A stretch of 14,638 bases of DNA from Armatimonadota bacterium (GTDB lineage: Bacteria; Armatimonadota; Zipacnadia; Zipacnadales; UBA5352). The stretch is taken from contig JAYENL010000033.1 of assembly GCA_034722055.1 (NCBI GenBank), forward strand, positions 1 to 14,638, read 5' to 3'. The notes under the pieces are model-generated. The model did no database searches, had not been told where the DNA came from, and was given only the letters and a program-made list of their open reading frames with translations. Positions 1 through 8,282 of this stretch are shown here, one piece after another (the stretch's first letter is position 1; every line of letters starts with the position of its first letter). The position numbers and the translations under genes were made by a program.

Positions 1-177
1 CGGTCAGGAGCGGTAGCAACTGACCGCGCAGGTTCCACCCCGGCCCACTCGTTAAGTAGCGCAGGCGCCCCCGCCTGCGCCGGCTTTAGACCGTGGGCAA
101 AGCTACGTGCCGGGCCGGGGTGGAACCTGAGGCCTGCTCGCTACGCTCATAGGCCTCACCGGGCGCTGCGCGCCCGG
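1..177. repeat. Cluster of nested and tandem palindromes, REP/REPIN-like
   Basis: Perfect 18-bp inverted repeat CAGGTTCCACCCCGGCCC (29-46) / GGGCCGGGGTGGAACCTG (112-129) encloses GTAG (56-59) plus the hairpin CGCAGGCG-cccc-CGCCTGCG (60-79). Further hairpins at 1-26, 128-158 (TGAGGCCT...AGGCCTCA) and 159-177 (CCGGGCGC-tgc-GCGCCCGG). Confidence 0.65.
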
Positions 178-282
178 CGGCCCCTCCACCAGGCGCCCCC
201 TCATCTCCAGCGCAACCAAGCCCCGAGTGTGCTGGTCGTTAACATACGCTGAATTGCGCAAGTCAGCACCACCGTGGGGCCG

Positions 283-1023
283 TCACCGCCAGTGGCTGAG
301 GTCGCGGTCGAGCATGCCTTCGAGCGCGGCGATGTCCTCGGCGTAGACCTCGCGCAGCTCGGCGCGGAAGGCCGGGTCCAACGCCGCCGGGTCAGCCCTC
401 TCCGCGTCCGGATTCACCTCCTCGCCCACCAGGTCGATCTTCACGTTCGGGTCAACGCCCAGGAACGAGAAGTAGCGCTGCAGGTAGGCCGCATTGTCCG
501 CGGCGAGGTCATCGTACAGCGTCACCAGCACCCTCTCGGGTGAGACGAGTTCATGGACGCGCCTGAGGTGCCGGGCGTAGAAGCCCGGCTCGATCCACGT
601 GCGGAACCAGGCGTGGCCGTGGTGGTGGAGGACCTTCTGGAAGGGGATGCCGACGCCCGCCTCAGGGTCGAAGCCGTACTTGCCGCGCTTGAGGTGGATG
701 TGGGCCCAGCTCAGGTAGGCGCGGACGACCGGGTTGCGCAGGGTCATGGTCAGGCGCACGCCGGGCAGGTCGCGGGCGATGCGCTCCAGCGCCGGATGGT
801 AGCACATGTAGGAGTTGCTGAACTCGCCGACGGCCGGCTCGCCCGCGTGACCGCCGAAGTACGTGCGCTGGTACCAGTCCACACCCCGATGGTAGTGAAC
901 GGTGAAGAAGTTGACGTTGTCCGGGGCATCGGGGACGTAGACCTGCGGGTGCTCCTTCAGGCACCGCCACAGCCAGCTTGATGCACACTTGGCGGCGCCG
1001 ATATGCAGGAAGTTGGGGAGCAT
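283..1023 (-). CDS. Sulfotransferase family protein (PAPS-dependent)
   Basis: N-terminal PNFLHIGAAKCASSWL (5'-PSB loop), FF...Y.RGVDWY segment, GEFSNSY, and LRNPVVRAY 3'-phosphate-binding motif. Typical C-terminal YAEDIAALEGMLDRDLSHW. AGGAGG RBS upstream of the ATG. Confidence 0.9.
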   Translation of the reverse strand: MLPNFLHIGAAKCASSWLWRCLKEHPQVYVPDAPDNVNFFTVHYHRGVDWYQRTYFGGHAGEPAVGEFSNSYMCYHPALERIARDLPGVRLTMTLRNPVVRAYLSWAHIHLKRGKYGFDPEAGVGIPFQKVLHHHGHAWFRTWIEPGFYARHLRRVHELVSPERVLVTLYDDLAADNAAYLQRYFSFLGVDPNVKIDLVGEEVNPDAERADPAALDPAFRAELREVYAEDIAALEGMLDRDLSHWR

Positions 1024-1050
1024 GGCGACCCTCCTGGGCTAGCGCCTCAG

Positions 1051-1182
1051 TCACCTGCCGCGGACGGCGGCGGGCGGGATGCCGTCGAGTGCGGATGAGG
1101 CATCGATTGTGACGGCAGTCGGCTCGCCGAGGGTGGGGAGGCCGGCGAGCATCATGAGCGTGAGAGCCAGCGGGCGCACCAC
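1051..1182 (-). pseudogene. 43-aa remnant resembling the N-terminus of a secreted protein
   Basis: GTG start 7 nt after GGGAG. Translation MVRPLALTLMMLAGLPTLGEPTAVTIDASSALDGIPPAAVRGR*: signal-peptide-like stretch plus a VTIDAS segment like glycoside hydrolase N-termini, then an early stop. Confidence 0.35.
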
Positions 1183-1186
1183 GCCA

Positions 1187-1951
1187 TCACTCCCGCGGCG
1201 CGCAGGCGCGACAGATCATCGCGGCGAAGCGCCCGGCGCCGAAGCCGTTGTCGATGTTGACCACCGCCACGCCGGAGGCGCAGGAGTTGAGCATCCCCAG
1301 CAGCGCCGCCAGACCCTCGAAGGCCGCGCCGTAGCCGACGCTGGTGGGCACCGCGATGACCGGCGCGTCCATGAGCCCGCCTACGACCGAGGCCAGCGCG
1401 CCCTCCATCCCCGCTACCACCACGATGGCTGAGGCGCGGCTGAGCTGCTGGTGGTGCTCCAGGAGGCGGTGGATACCCGCCACGCCCACGTCGTAGATGC
1501 GCTCGACGGGGCAGGCGGCCAGCGCTACGGTCACCGCCGCCTCCTCCCCCACCGGGATGTCCGAGGTGCCGGCGGTCACCACCGCCACCGGCCGCCGGCC
1601 AGCGACCGGCTCCGGCATCTCTCCCACGCGAATGATACGGGCCTCGTCGTGATACTCCGCCGCGGGAAGGTCCTGGCGGACGGCCTCGAAGTGCTCGGGG
1701 CCGGCGCGGCTGGCGATGACCAGCTCGGAGCGGTCGGAGAGGGCGCTGAGGATGCGCGCCACCTGCTGAGGGCTCTTGCCCTCTGCGAGGACGACCTCCG
1801 GGAAGCCGCTGCGGAGGGCCCGATGGTGATCGACCTTCGCGAACCCGAGGTCCTCGAAGGGCAGCGAGCGAAGGCGCTCGCAGGCCTCCTCGGGATGCAC
1901 GTCGCCGGAGCGCACCTGCTCCATGAGCCGGCGGATCTGATCGCGGTCCAT
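1187..1951 (-). CDS. larB: Nickel pincer cofactor biosynthesis protein LarB (PurE/AIR carboxylase-like)
   Basis: Hallmark motifs LPFEDLGFAKVDHHRALRSGFPEVV, AGTSDIPVGEEA, DVGVAGIHRLL, AGMEGALASVVGGL, PTSVGYGA and NSCASGVAVVNIDNGFGAG. Start placed at ATG 1951 (MDRDQIRRLM). Confidence 0.95.
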   Translation of the reverse strand: MDRDQIRRLMEQVRSGDVHPEEACERLRSLPFEDLGFAKVDHHRALRSGFPEVVLAEGKSPQQVARILSALSDRSELVIASRAGPEHFEAVRQDLPAAEYHDEARIIRVGEMPEPVAGRRPVAVVTAGTSDIPVGEEAAVTVALAACPVERIYDVGVAGIHRLLEHHQQLSRASAIVVVAGMEGALASVVGGLMDAPVIAVPTSVGYGAAFEGLAALLGMLNSCASGVAVVNIDNGFGAGRFAAMICRACAPRE

Positions 1952-2171
1952 CGTCCCCAGCCTTCGAGGGCGCGGCACGCGCAGTCAGGTCGCCCGAGCC
2001 GCGCCCGGAATCTCACTGCGCGCAAGAGTTCGCGGCGGGCGAGGGGAAGCCCTCCCGGGCGACGTCTGTACGACACGGCGCGCGGGCGAGGGCGCCCGGA
2101 GGCGCTTCTGCGCCTCTTCCCACGGCCACAGCCCCGCCTGCGGCCCAGAAAGGCTGGTATGCCATGCTGGG

Positions 2172-2193
2172 AAGCCGGCGCCCCCGCCGGCTT
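2172..2193. terminator. GC-rich hairpin downstream of the radical SAM gene (terminator or REP-like)
   Basis: AAGCCGGCG-cccc-CGCCGGCTT, 9-bp stem about 20 nt after the radical SAM stop. No strong U-tract. Confidence 0.4.
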
Positions 2194-2212
2194 GTGGCGC
2201 GAAGCGTGGAGT

Positions 2213-3613
2213 CTACGCCCGCTCGGGGACCGGCTCCGGCTCGGGCCGAGGTGATCCGCGGCCCAGAGACATGACGCCCTCCATGAGCGGGACAACGAGG
2301 CCGAGCATCCGGGCGCGAATGACGGCGTCCCAGAGGCGCTCGGCCTTCTTCCACGCGCCCGTGTAGGCGAGGTGCCGCAGGCGGCCGGTGAGCGTGGGCT
2401 TGGCGGCGGCGCCGCGGAGGATCGAACCCCAGCGGTAGAAGTCGCGGTAGGCGCGCCAGTAGCCCTCCTCGAGCTGGGCGGGGGTCATGCGGGCTGGGCG
2501 GAAGACCGCGTGGCGGGTGTCGTAGAGGTCCCAGTCGTGGGTAGTGATGCGGCCCTGCTCGCTGAGCCGGGCATGAAGCGGCGTGCCGGGATAGGGGGTG
2601 AGGATATGGAAGGTGGCGGTCTCCACGCCCTGGGTGACGGCCCACTCCACAGTGCGGTCGAAGACCTCGGGGTCGTCGGCGTCCATGCCGAGGACGAAGC
2701 TGGCGTTGACCATGACGCCGAGGTCCTGCAGGCGGCGGATGGCCTCACCGTAGTCGCGGCGCAGGTTGTGGTGTTTGCCCTGTGCGCGGAGGTTCTCCTC
2801 AGCGAGGGTCTCGAAGCCGATGAAGAGGCTGCGCATGCCGGCGGCGGCCGCGCGCTCCATCAGCCAGGGGGTCAGGGCGGCCTGGACGGTGCCGCCGGCG
2901 GACCAGACGCGGCCCATCCCCCGCATTCCCGCGAACAGCTCGCCGGCGAAGCGGGGATTCCCGAAGAGGTGGTCGTCGAGGAAGTAGAGGTGGCGGCCGG
3001 GGAGGCTCCGGATCTCGGCGAGGGCATCATCCACGGCGCGGGTGTAGAAGGATGCCCCGCCGCGGAAGAAGGAGGTCTTGTAGCAGAAGTCGCAGGCGTG
3101 CGGGCAGCCGCGGGAGACCACGATGGAGTTGGGCACCAGGTAGAGATGGCGCTTGATGAGCTCGCGGCGGGGGTGGGGCGCGCCGATGAGCGTGCGCTCG
3201 CGGGAGCGGTAGGCGCGGCCGGGCCGGCCGGCGCGGAGGTCGCGCAGGAACTTCGGCCAGGTGTCCTCCCCGGGCCCCAGGAAGATGGTATCGGCGTGGC
3301 GCGACGCCTCCTGGGGCAGCGACGTGACGTGCACGCCGCCCAGGCACACGTGCGCGCCGCGGGCGCGATAGTGATCGGCGATCTGGTAGGCGCGCTTCGC
3401 GGACGTGATGTAAACCTCGATCGCGACCAGGTCGGGATCGTCGGACAGGTCCAGCCTCTCCACGTGCTCGTCCTGGATGGTCACCTCGTCGGACTCGTCG
3501 AGGTAGGCCGCCAGCGTGGCCAGGCCCAGCGGCGGGAACAGGGAGTACTTGACGGGCCGGAACAGCGGGCTGGTGGCCTCAGTGAGGGCGGGCAGGATCA
3601 TCTTCACCTTCAT
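2213..3613 (-). CDS. B12-binding domain radical SAM protein (466 aa)
   Basis: True start MKVKMILPAL at ATG 3613 with a GGAGG RBS. N-terminal PPLGLATLAA and GGVHVT...PQEA...GPGE cobalamin-binding-type domain. SRGCPHACDFC CxxxCxxC motif, FLDDHLFG, LFIGFET and TPYPGTPL. Confidence 0.92.
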   Translation of the reverse strand: MKVKMILPALTEATSPLFRPVKYSLFPPLGLATLAAYLDESDEVTIQDEHVERLDLSDDPDLVAIEVYITSAKRAYQIADHYRARGAHVCLGGVHVTSLPQEASRHADTIFLGPGEDTWPKFLRDLRAGRPGRAYRSRERTLIGAPHPRRELIKRHLYLVPNSIVVSRGCPHACDFCYKTSFFRGGASFYTRAVDDALAEIRSLPGRHLYFLDDHLFGNPRFAGELFAGMRGMGRVWSAGGTVQAALTPWLMERAAAAGMRSLFIGFETLAEENLRAQGKHHNLRRDYGEAIRRLQDLGVMVNASFVLGMDADDPEVFDRTVEWAVTQGVETATFHILTPYPGTPLHARLSEQGRITTHDWDLYDTRHAVFRPARMTPAQLEEGYWRAYRDFYRWGSILRGAAAKPTLTGRLRHLAYTGAWKKAERLWDAVIRARMLGLVVPLMEGVMSLGRGSPRPEPEPVPERA

Positions 3614-3760
3614 CGCAAAGCCTCCTGGCGGGACTGGTGTGTGACGCGCCCTGATTCTCGCGCGCGGCGGGCCTGCAGGCGACCCACTGAGTCCGCCATG
3701 TTGGGCACGCGACTCCCTCACAAACCGGAGGCGCGTGCGCTGGAGTACGCACGTGGGTGC

Positions 3761-3789
3761 TTGACCGCAGGGGCGTCCGGGGTCATGCT
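3761..3789 (+). promoter_or_regulatory. Putative sigma70-type promoter for the RR-HK fusion gene
   Basis: TTGACC (3761-3766), 17-nt spacer, CATGCT (3784-3789), about 30 nt upstream of ATG 3821. Overlapped by a TGACC/GGTCA inverted repeat. Confidence 0.4.
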
Positions 3790-3820
3790 TGAGGCACATT
3801 ACGCGCGGGAGGGTCGGCTG

Positions 3821-6508
3821 ATGCTGACGGTGGTGGTCGTGGAGGACAACGAGAAGCTGCGCCCGGCGCTGGTGGATGGGCTGGGCAACACCGGCCAGGT
3901 GCAGGTGGTGGGCGCCTGCGAGTCGGGGGAGGAGGCGCTGGAGCTGTGCCTGGAACGGGAGCCGGACGCCGTCCTGATGGACGTGCAGCTTGAGGGGGAG
4001 ATGAACGGGATCGAGGCGGCGGTCGCGGTCCGCCGGGAGTTCCCGCGCCAGCCGGTGGTCTTCTACTCCATCCAGGATGACGACGCCTACTACCGGGCCT
4101 TCCGGCGCTCGGGGATCCTCAGCCACTACGCCTACGTGCGCAAGTCCAGCTACCTGCTGCCGGGGATGATCGTGCCGCTGCTGAGGGATGCCGTGGAGGG
4201 GAAGAGCTTCATCGAGCCGGAGATCGAGCAGCGGGTGCAGGAGGTGCGCGTCAAGGACGATCAGTCGCCGATGGCGCTGCTGGAGCCGAACGAGCAGGCC
4301 GTGGTGCGGATGCTGTGCATGGGGATGACCAACGAGCAGATCGCCGCCCGCATGGGCTTCCGGGACAAGCGCACCATCAGCCGCACCAACGGCCGCATCT
4401 ACGCGGCATGGGGGCTCTCGGAGACGGCCACCGACGAGAAGGTGGCGCGCACGCGGGCGGTGCTGATCAACGCCGAGCGCCGGACGGGAGGAGTGTGGCT
4501 GGCGGGCGGGGCGCTGCTGTCGGGGAGCATGTTCTTCATGCTGCAGGCGGCGGTGGCGTGGCGGGGGATGACGGGGATCGTGGCGGCGCTGGAGCTGCAG
4601 TGGCCGATGGGCTGGTTCATCGGCGCGGTGCTGCCGGTGGCCTGGTACGTGGCGATCCTGTGGCATGCGGGCTTCTGGGACCGCGACCCGTCGCCGCTGC
4701 GCCGGCGCCACGTGGGGTGGCTGATTGCGGTGCTGGCGCTGATGGCGGCCGTGCTGGTGCTGGGGTGGAAGGCCATGATCTACCCGTGGGATCTGCAGGT
4801 GGAGGGGCCGGCTCCGTTCGCGGAGCCGTCCGTGGCCGGGGTGCCGCTGCTGGCCATGGGCTATCCGGTGCTGATCGTGCTGGCGCTGGCACTGGCGCTG
4901 GACGTGTTGTGGCACCCGGCGCCCTCGGCCCGGCCGATGGTCTCGGTGGCCCGGCGGCGGGCGCGGGCGTGGCTGGCGGCGGCCTCGATCTCGCTGCTGG
5001 TGGTCAGCGTGCTGGTCGGCGCCATCATGCTGGGCGTGGCCATCGGGCGCCGGCCCATCGTCCCGAACGAGTGGGCCAGGCCCCTGGGGATGCCGGCCCT
5101 GGACGCCGCGCCGCCCATCGTGTGGGCGGACGTGGTGGTGACGGGGCTGGTGATGATGGCCGTGCTCTTCCTGGGCCAGGCCATCGTCTCCTACGAGATC
5201 TTCACCGGCAAGAGCCTCCCCCGCGGGGGCCTGAAGCGGCACTGGTACGCGGCGATCCTGCTGGCGGCCGCCTACGCCACGGTGGCGGGCTGGAGCGTGT
5301 CGGTGGAGCACGCGCCCTTCTACGGGCTGCTGCTGGCCACGCTGCTGATCACGGCCTTCTTCGCGCTCTTCAACTGGCGCTCGTACGTGGAGCACGACCG
5401 CCACATCCGCCGCCTGCGGCCCTTCGTGGCCAGTCCCCGGGTCTACGATGCCCTGTTGGGCGAGGCTGCGCCGGAGGTGGACGCCGGCGCGCCCTTCCAG
5501 GCGCTGTGCGCGGAGGTGCTGGGGGCCAGGTCGGCGGCTCTGGTGGCGGTGGGGCCGCTGGCGCAGCTCGCCGACCCCCCGCTGACGTGGCCCGAGGGCG
5601 CTGAGGCCCCGGAGAGCGTCGCCGGGATCACCGACCGTGCGCGCTCGCCGGAGCAGATGTCGCTGGCCATCGAGCCGGAGCGCTACGAGGGCGCTATGGT
5701 GGCGGTGCCGCTGTGGAGCGAGCGGGGGCTGATCGGGCTGCTGCTGCTGGGGGAGAAGGCCGGTGGCGGGCTGTACACGCAGGAGGAGGTGGAGATCGCG
5801 CGCTCGGTGGGCGAGCGGCTGATCGACACCGTGGCCGTGGCGCGGATGTCGTCCCGGCTGATGGCGCTGCAGCGGCGGCGGCTGGCGGAGGACCAGGTGG
5901 TGGATCGGCGCACCCGGCGGGTGCTGCATGACGAGGTGCTGCCCAAGCTTCACGCCACGATGCTGTCGCTGAGCTTCGCAGAGGAGGGCGGAGACGAGGA
6001 GGTGGTGGAGCGGCTGGCGGAGGTCCACTCCCAGGTCTCGGAGCTGCTGCACGAGATCCCCGTCTCGGACACCGAGGAGCTGGCGCGGGAGGGGCTGGTG
6101 GCGACACTCCGACGGGTGGTGGAGGACGAGTTCGCGGATGACTTCGAGGGCATCGAGTGGCGCATCGACGCCGAGGCCGAGCGCCGCGGCAGGGAGCTGT
6201 CGGACGTCCGGGCGGAGGTGCTGCTCTACGCCGCCCGGGAGGCGGTGCGCAATGCCGCACGCCATGGCCGCGGAGAGGACCCCGAGCGGCCGCTTCACCT
6301 CAGCATCGAGCTGGCAGCCTCGGGGGGCCTGGCGCTGACGATCGAGGACGACGGTGTCGGCTGTGCCGACGCGGCGCGAGCCGACGGCGGGCACGGCATC
6401 GCGCTGCACAGCACCATGATGGCGGTGGTGGGCGGGGAGTGGGCGATGGAGAGCGCGGACGGGCGATACACGCGGGTGACGCTATCGCTGCCCGGGGGCG
6501 GCTGGTAG
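3821..6508 (+). CDS. Fused NarL/LuxR-type response regulator (REC + HTH) and multi-TM sensor histidine kinase (GAF-like, HisKA_3-like, HATPase_c), 895 aa
   Basis: GGGAGGG RBS then MLTVVVVEDN; phosphoacceptor DAVLMDVQL; HTH LEPNEQAVVRMLCMGMTNEQIAARMG. About 8 hydrophobic helices follow, then VPLWSERGLIGLLLLGEK...YTQEE (GAF-like), H-box RVLHDEVLP, N-box EAVRNAARHG, G1 IEDDGVG and G2 GHGIAL. No stop between the RR and HK parts. Confidence 0.85.
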   Translation: MLTVVVVEDNEKLRPALVDGLGNTGQVQVVGACESGEEALELCLEREPDAVLMDVQLEGEMNGIEAAVAVRREFPRQPVVFYSIQDDDAYYRAFRRSGILSHYAYVRKSSYLLPGMIVPLLRDAVEGKSFIEPEIEQRVQEVRVKDDQSPMALLEPNEQAVVRMLCMGMTNEQIAARMGFRDKRTISRTNGRIYAAWGLSETATDEKVARTRAVLINAERRTGGVWLAGGALLSGSMFFMLQAAVAWRGMTGIVAALELQWPMGWFIGAVLPVAWYVAILWHAGFWDRDPSPLRRRHVGWLIAVLALMAAVLVLGWKAMIYPWDLQVEGPAPFAEPSVAGVPLLAMGYPVLIVLALALALDVLWHPAPSARPMVSVARRRARAWLAAASISLLVVSVLVGAIMLGVAIGRRPIVPNEWARPLGMPALDAAPPIVWADVVVTGLVMMAVLFLGQAIVSYEIFTGKSLPRGGLKRHWYAAILLAAAYATVAGWSVSVEHAPFYGLLLATLLITAFFALFNWRSYVEHDRHIRRLRPFVASPRVYDALLGEAAPEVDAGAPFQALCAEVLGARSAALVAVGPLAQLADPPLTWPEGAEAPESVAGITDRARSPEQMSLAIEPERYEGAMVAVPLWSERGLIGLLLLGEKAGGGLYTQEEVEIARSVGERLIDTVAVARMSSRLMALQRRRLAEDQVVDRRTRRVLHDEVLPKLHATMLSLSFAEEGGDEEVVERLAEVHSQVSELLHEIPVSDTEELAREGLVATLRRVVEDEFADDFEGIEWRIDAEAERRGRELSDVRAEVLLYAAREAVRNAARHGRGEDPERPLHLSIELAASGGLALTIEDDGVGCADAARADGGHGIALHSTMMAVVGGEWAMESADGRYTRVTLSLPGGGW

Positions 6509-6543
6509 CGGTGCGGTCGGCTGATGAGGGGTGCGTACGCAGA

Positions 6544-6569
6544 GGCGCCCGGCTGAGTAGCCGGGCGCC
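6544..6569. terminator. Hairpin between convergent HK and csp genes, probable bidirectional terminator
   Basis: GGCGCCCGGCT-gagt-AGCCGGGCGCC, perfect 11-bp stem between stops at 6508 (+) and 6592 (-). Confidence 0.6.
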
Positions 6570-6591
6570 CGTGTTCGCTGAGTGGGCAGCT

Positions 6592-6828
6592 CTACCACAG
6601 GTCGGGCGAGTCAACTGCCGACTCGGCCTCGGTCACGACGACGTTCGCCGCTCGCGGGCCCTTGGGATCCTCCTCAACGTCGAACTCGACCTTCGCGCCC
6701 TCGGCGAGGCTCTTGTAGCCCTCGCCCTCGATGGCGGAGTAATGCACGAACGCATCCTCGCCATCCTCGCGCTCGATAAAGCCGAAGCCCTTCGCGTCGT
6801 CGAACCACTTCACTGTTCCGGTCGCCAT
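6592..6828 (-). CDS. cspA: Cold-shock protein (CspA family), 78 aa
   Basis: [18 protein letters not shown] (RNP1), DAFVHYSAI (RNP2), GYKSLAEG and [16 protein letters not shown] before ATG 6828. Paralogue identity uncertain. Confidence 0.95.
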   Translation of the reverse strand: MATGTVKWFDDAKGFGFIEREDGEDAFVHYSAIEGEGYKSLAEGAKVEFDVEEDPKGPRAANVVVTEAESAVDSPDLW

Positions 6829-6945
6829 GCGTCTTGCCTCCAATGTCGGATCTTCGCAGCATCCCTGCTCGTCCGCCAGAAGACAAGTCCGCCAGCGCCC
6901 GAACAACGATCCTCCGCGCGGCCTATGCCGCGTTTCACTGCAAGC

Positions 6946-6974
6946 AGCTTACCACAAGACGTCGAGTGATGCAA
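6946..6974 (-). promoter_or_regulatory. Putative sigma70 promoter of csp, with a long 5' UTR
   Basis: Minus strand TTGCAT (6974-6969), 17-nt spacer ending TG-G, then TAAGCT (6951-6946). Implies a ~110-nt leader, typical of csp mRNAs. Confidence 0.6.
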
Positions 6975-7120
6975 GGTACCATCTGAGCGGGGTGGTCGCC
7001 GGCGCCGCACATGACACGTGGACTCATTCCCGGCAGGGGTCGGTACTGCCTGGCGGTCAGATCGCCCGGCACCAGCAGCGACCCGGCATGGATGTTGCCG
7101 TCTCCTGTCACCCGCACCGC

Positions 7121-8068
7121 CTATGGCTCTTCGCTGGCCGGCTGGCGCCCCCAGATCCAGACCTCCCGCAGCCCCGGGACCGGGCCCGCCCGCCGCATAT
7201 TCAGCCGCACGTAACGGGCCTCTCGACCGCCCAGTGCCAGGAGCAGATGTCCGGGCAGGTCGTACGGCCCCAGGCGCGGATCATCAATGGTCCCGGCCTC
7301 CTGCCAGGAGCCCTCCTCCGCAGTGGTACTGACCTCGGCGGTGATCCTCTCCCAGCGGTGCCTCTCCCTCTCCTGGTCATCGGTGGCCAGAGTGATGCTC
7401 TCCAGCACAAAGGGCCGGGTGAGGTCGAAGGTGATGCGTATGTCGTCCGTGCCGTAGTGCCACTTGACCGTTGTGTCGCTGCGATAGGCCTCTATCCCAT
7501 CGGTCAGCACACCGGAGGCCCCCGACTGCCGCTGGGGCGAACCCTCCGGGGCGTCCTCAGCGCGGAAGAATATCGGACCCTCAGTCACGCCGGTCACCTG
7601 ATCTTTGAAGCCCGCGTGCGGGTAGTCGGGGAACCTGCCGTAGGTGTAGCTGCCCGGCACGTGGGCGATACGCGCCGTCGGTCCTCCGTTGCCGGTCAGG
7701 CACAGGGGAGCCGGCATCTCGATCCTCTGCACCAGCCGCGGATCGACCCGTCCGGCCTCCATGGCGTGCTCGATCAGCACCTCGATCAACGCCTCGCGCG
7801 CGGCATCAGTGCGGGCGGCATCCGAGGGGTCGGATCGGACGTGTTCGACCCAGCGCTCGACCTCCTCCTCGCCCGCCGCCTCCCTGACCATGCCCAGCAG
7901 GCGGAAGTCCTCCGCGCCCTCGCGGAAAGCCTGACTGCGCACGCTCTCCACCAGGTGCCCATCGCGCGTGTCGTAGACGAAGGCGTAGTCGGATCTGACC
8001 GTGGCCTCGCCATCGGAGGTCACCTTGCGCCAGCCCCGGTCATCCCAGACCGAGCCGCCCTCCCAACA
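7121..8068 (-). pseudogene. 5'-truncated DUF4091-like (glycoside hydrolase-associated) protein with a C-terminal beta-sandwich/discoidin-like domain
   Basis: YD...LVESVRSQAFREGAEDFRLL resembles the DUF4091 S.R....REG.ED motif. LTDG...W...ITFDL...ARYVRL...LREVWIWG resembles the F5/8 type C fold. The first ~48 codons of the 8212 ORF lie in lower-GC DNA and look non-native. Confidence 0.55.
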
Positions 8069-8282
8069 AGTCCCGACCGAGATGGGCCGCCTGATACACT
8101 GCTCCCGGGTTTTGCTCATCTTGTAGGACCCGCACGATGCCCAAGTAGACAGCTCCAAGTTCTTCGTGGACATCCGAAAGACCCTCGAACAATAGTTGCT
8201 GCCGTCGGTCAAGCTTCATGACCTGTCCGTGCTCATCAACTTCTTCACCGATTTCTTTGTCATCTGTCTGATTGGACACCAC
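8040..8282 (-). pseudogene. 3'-truncated island gene, N-terminus resembling predicted pPIWI-associating/HEPN-like nuclease proteins
   Basis: ELGAVYLGIVRVLQDEQNPGAVYQAAHLGRDLL fits a remembered Y.G....L....NP.....AAH..REL pattern. The ORF then runs into high-GC DNA (GGRLGLG*) and stops. Family assignment is tentative. Confidence 0.4.

Noticed and set aside
1..270. tRNA, CRISPR array or known ncRNA at the window start
   Set aside because: No cloverleaf/T-loop consensus and no regularly spaced direct repeats; only palindromes.
2213..6508. Two giant overlapping antiparallel ORFs (1398 aa on -, 1378 aa on +)
   Set aside because: Each is a real gene extended through the stop-poor antisense frame of its divergent neighbour, a high-GC artefact. 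The RBS-supported starts are 3613 (-) and 3821 (+).
6935..7117. 60-aa - strand ORF after the DUF4091-like gene
   Set aside because: Overlaps the predicted csp promoter and has no recognisable motif; at best a remnant.
6827..8221. 464-aa + strand ORF
   Set aside because: Antisense shadow of the DUF4091-like gene, with no recognisable motifs.
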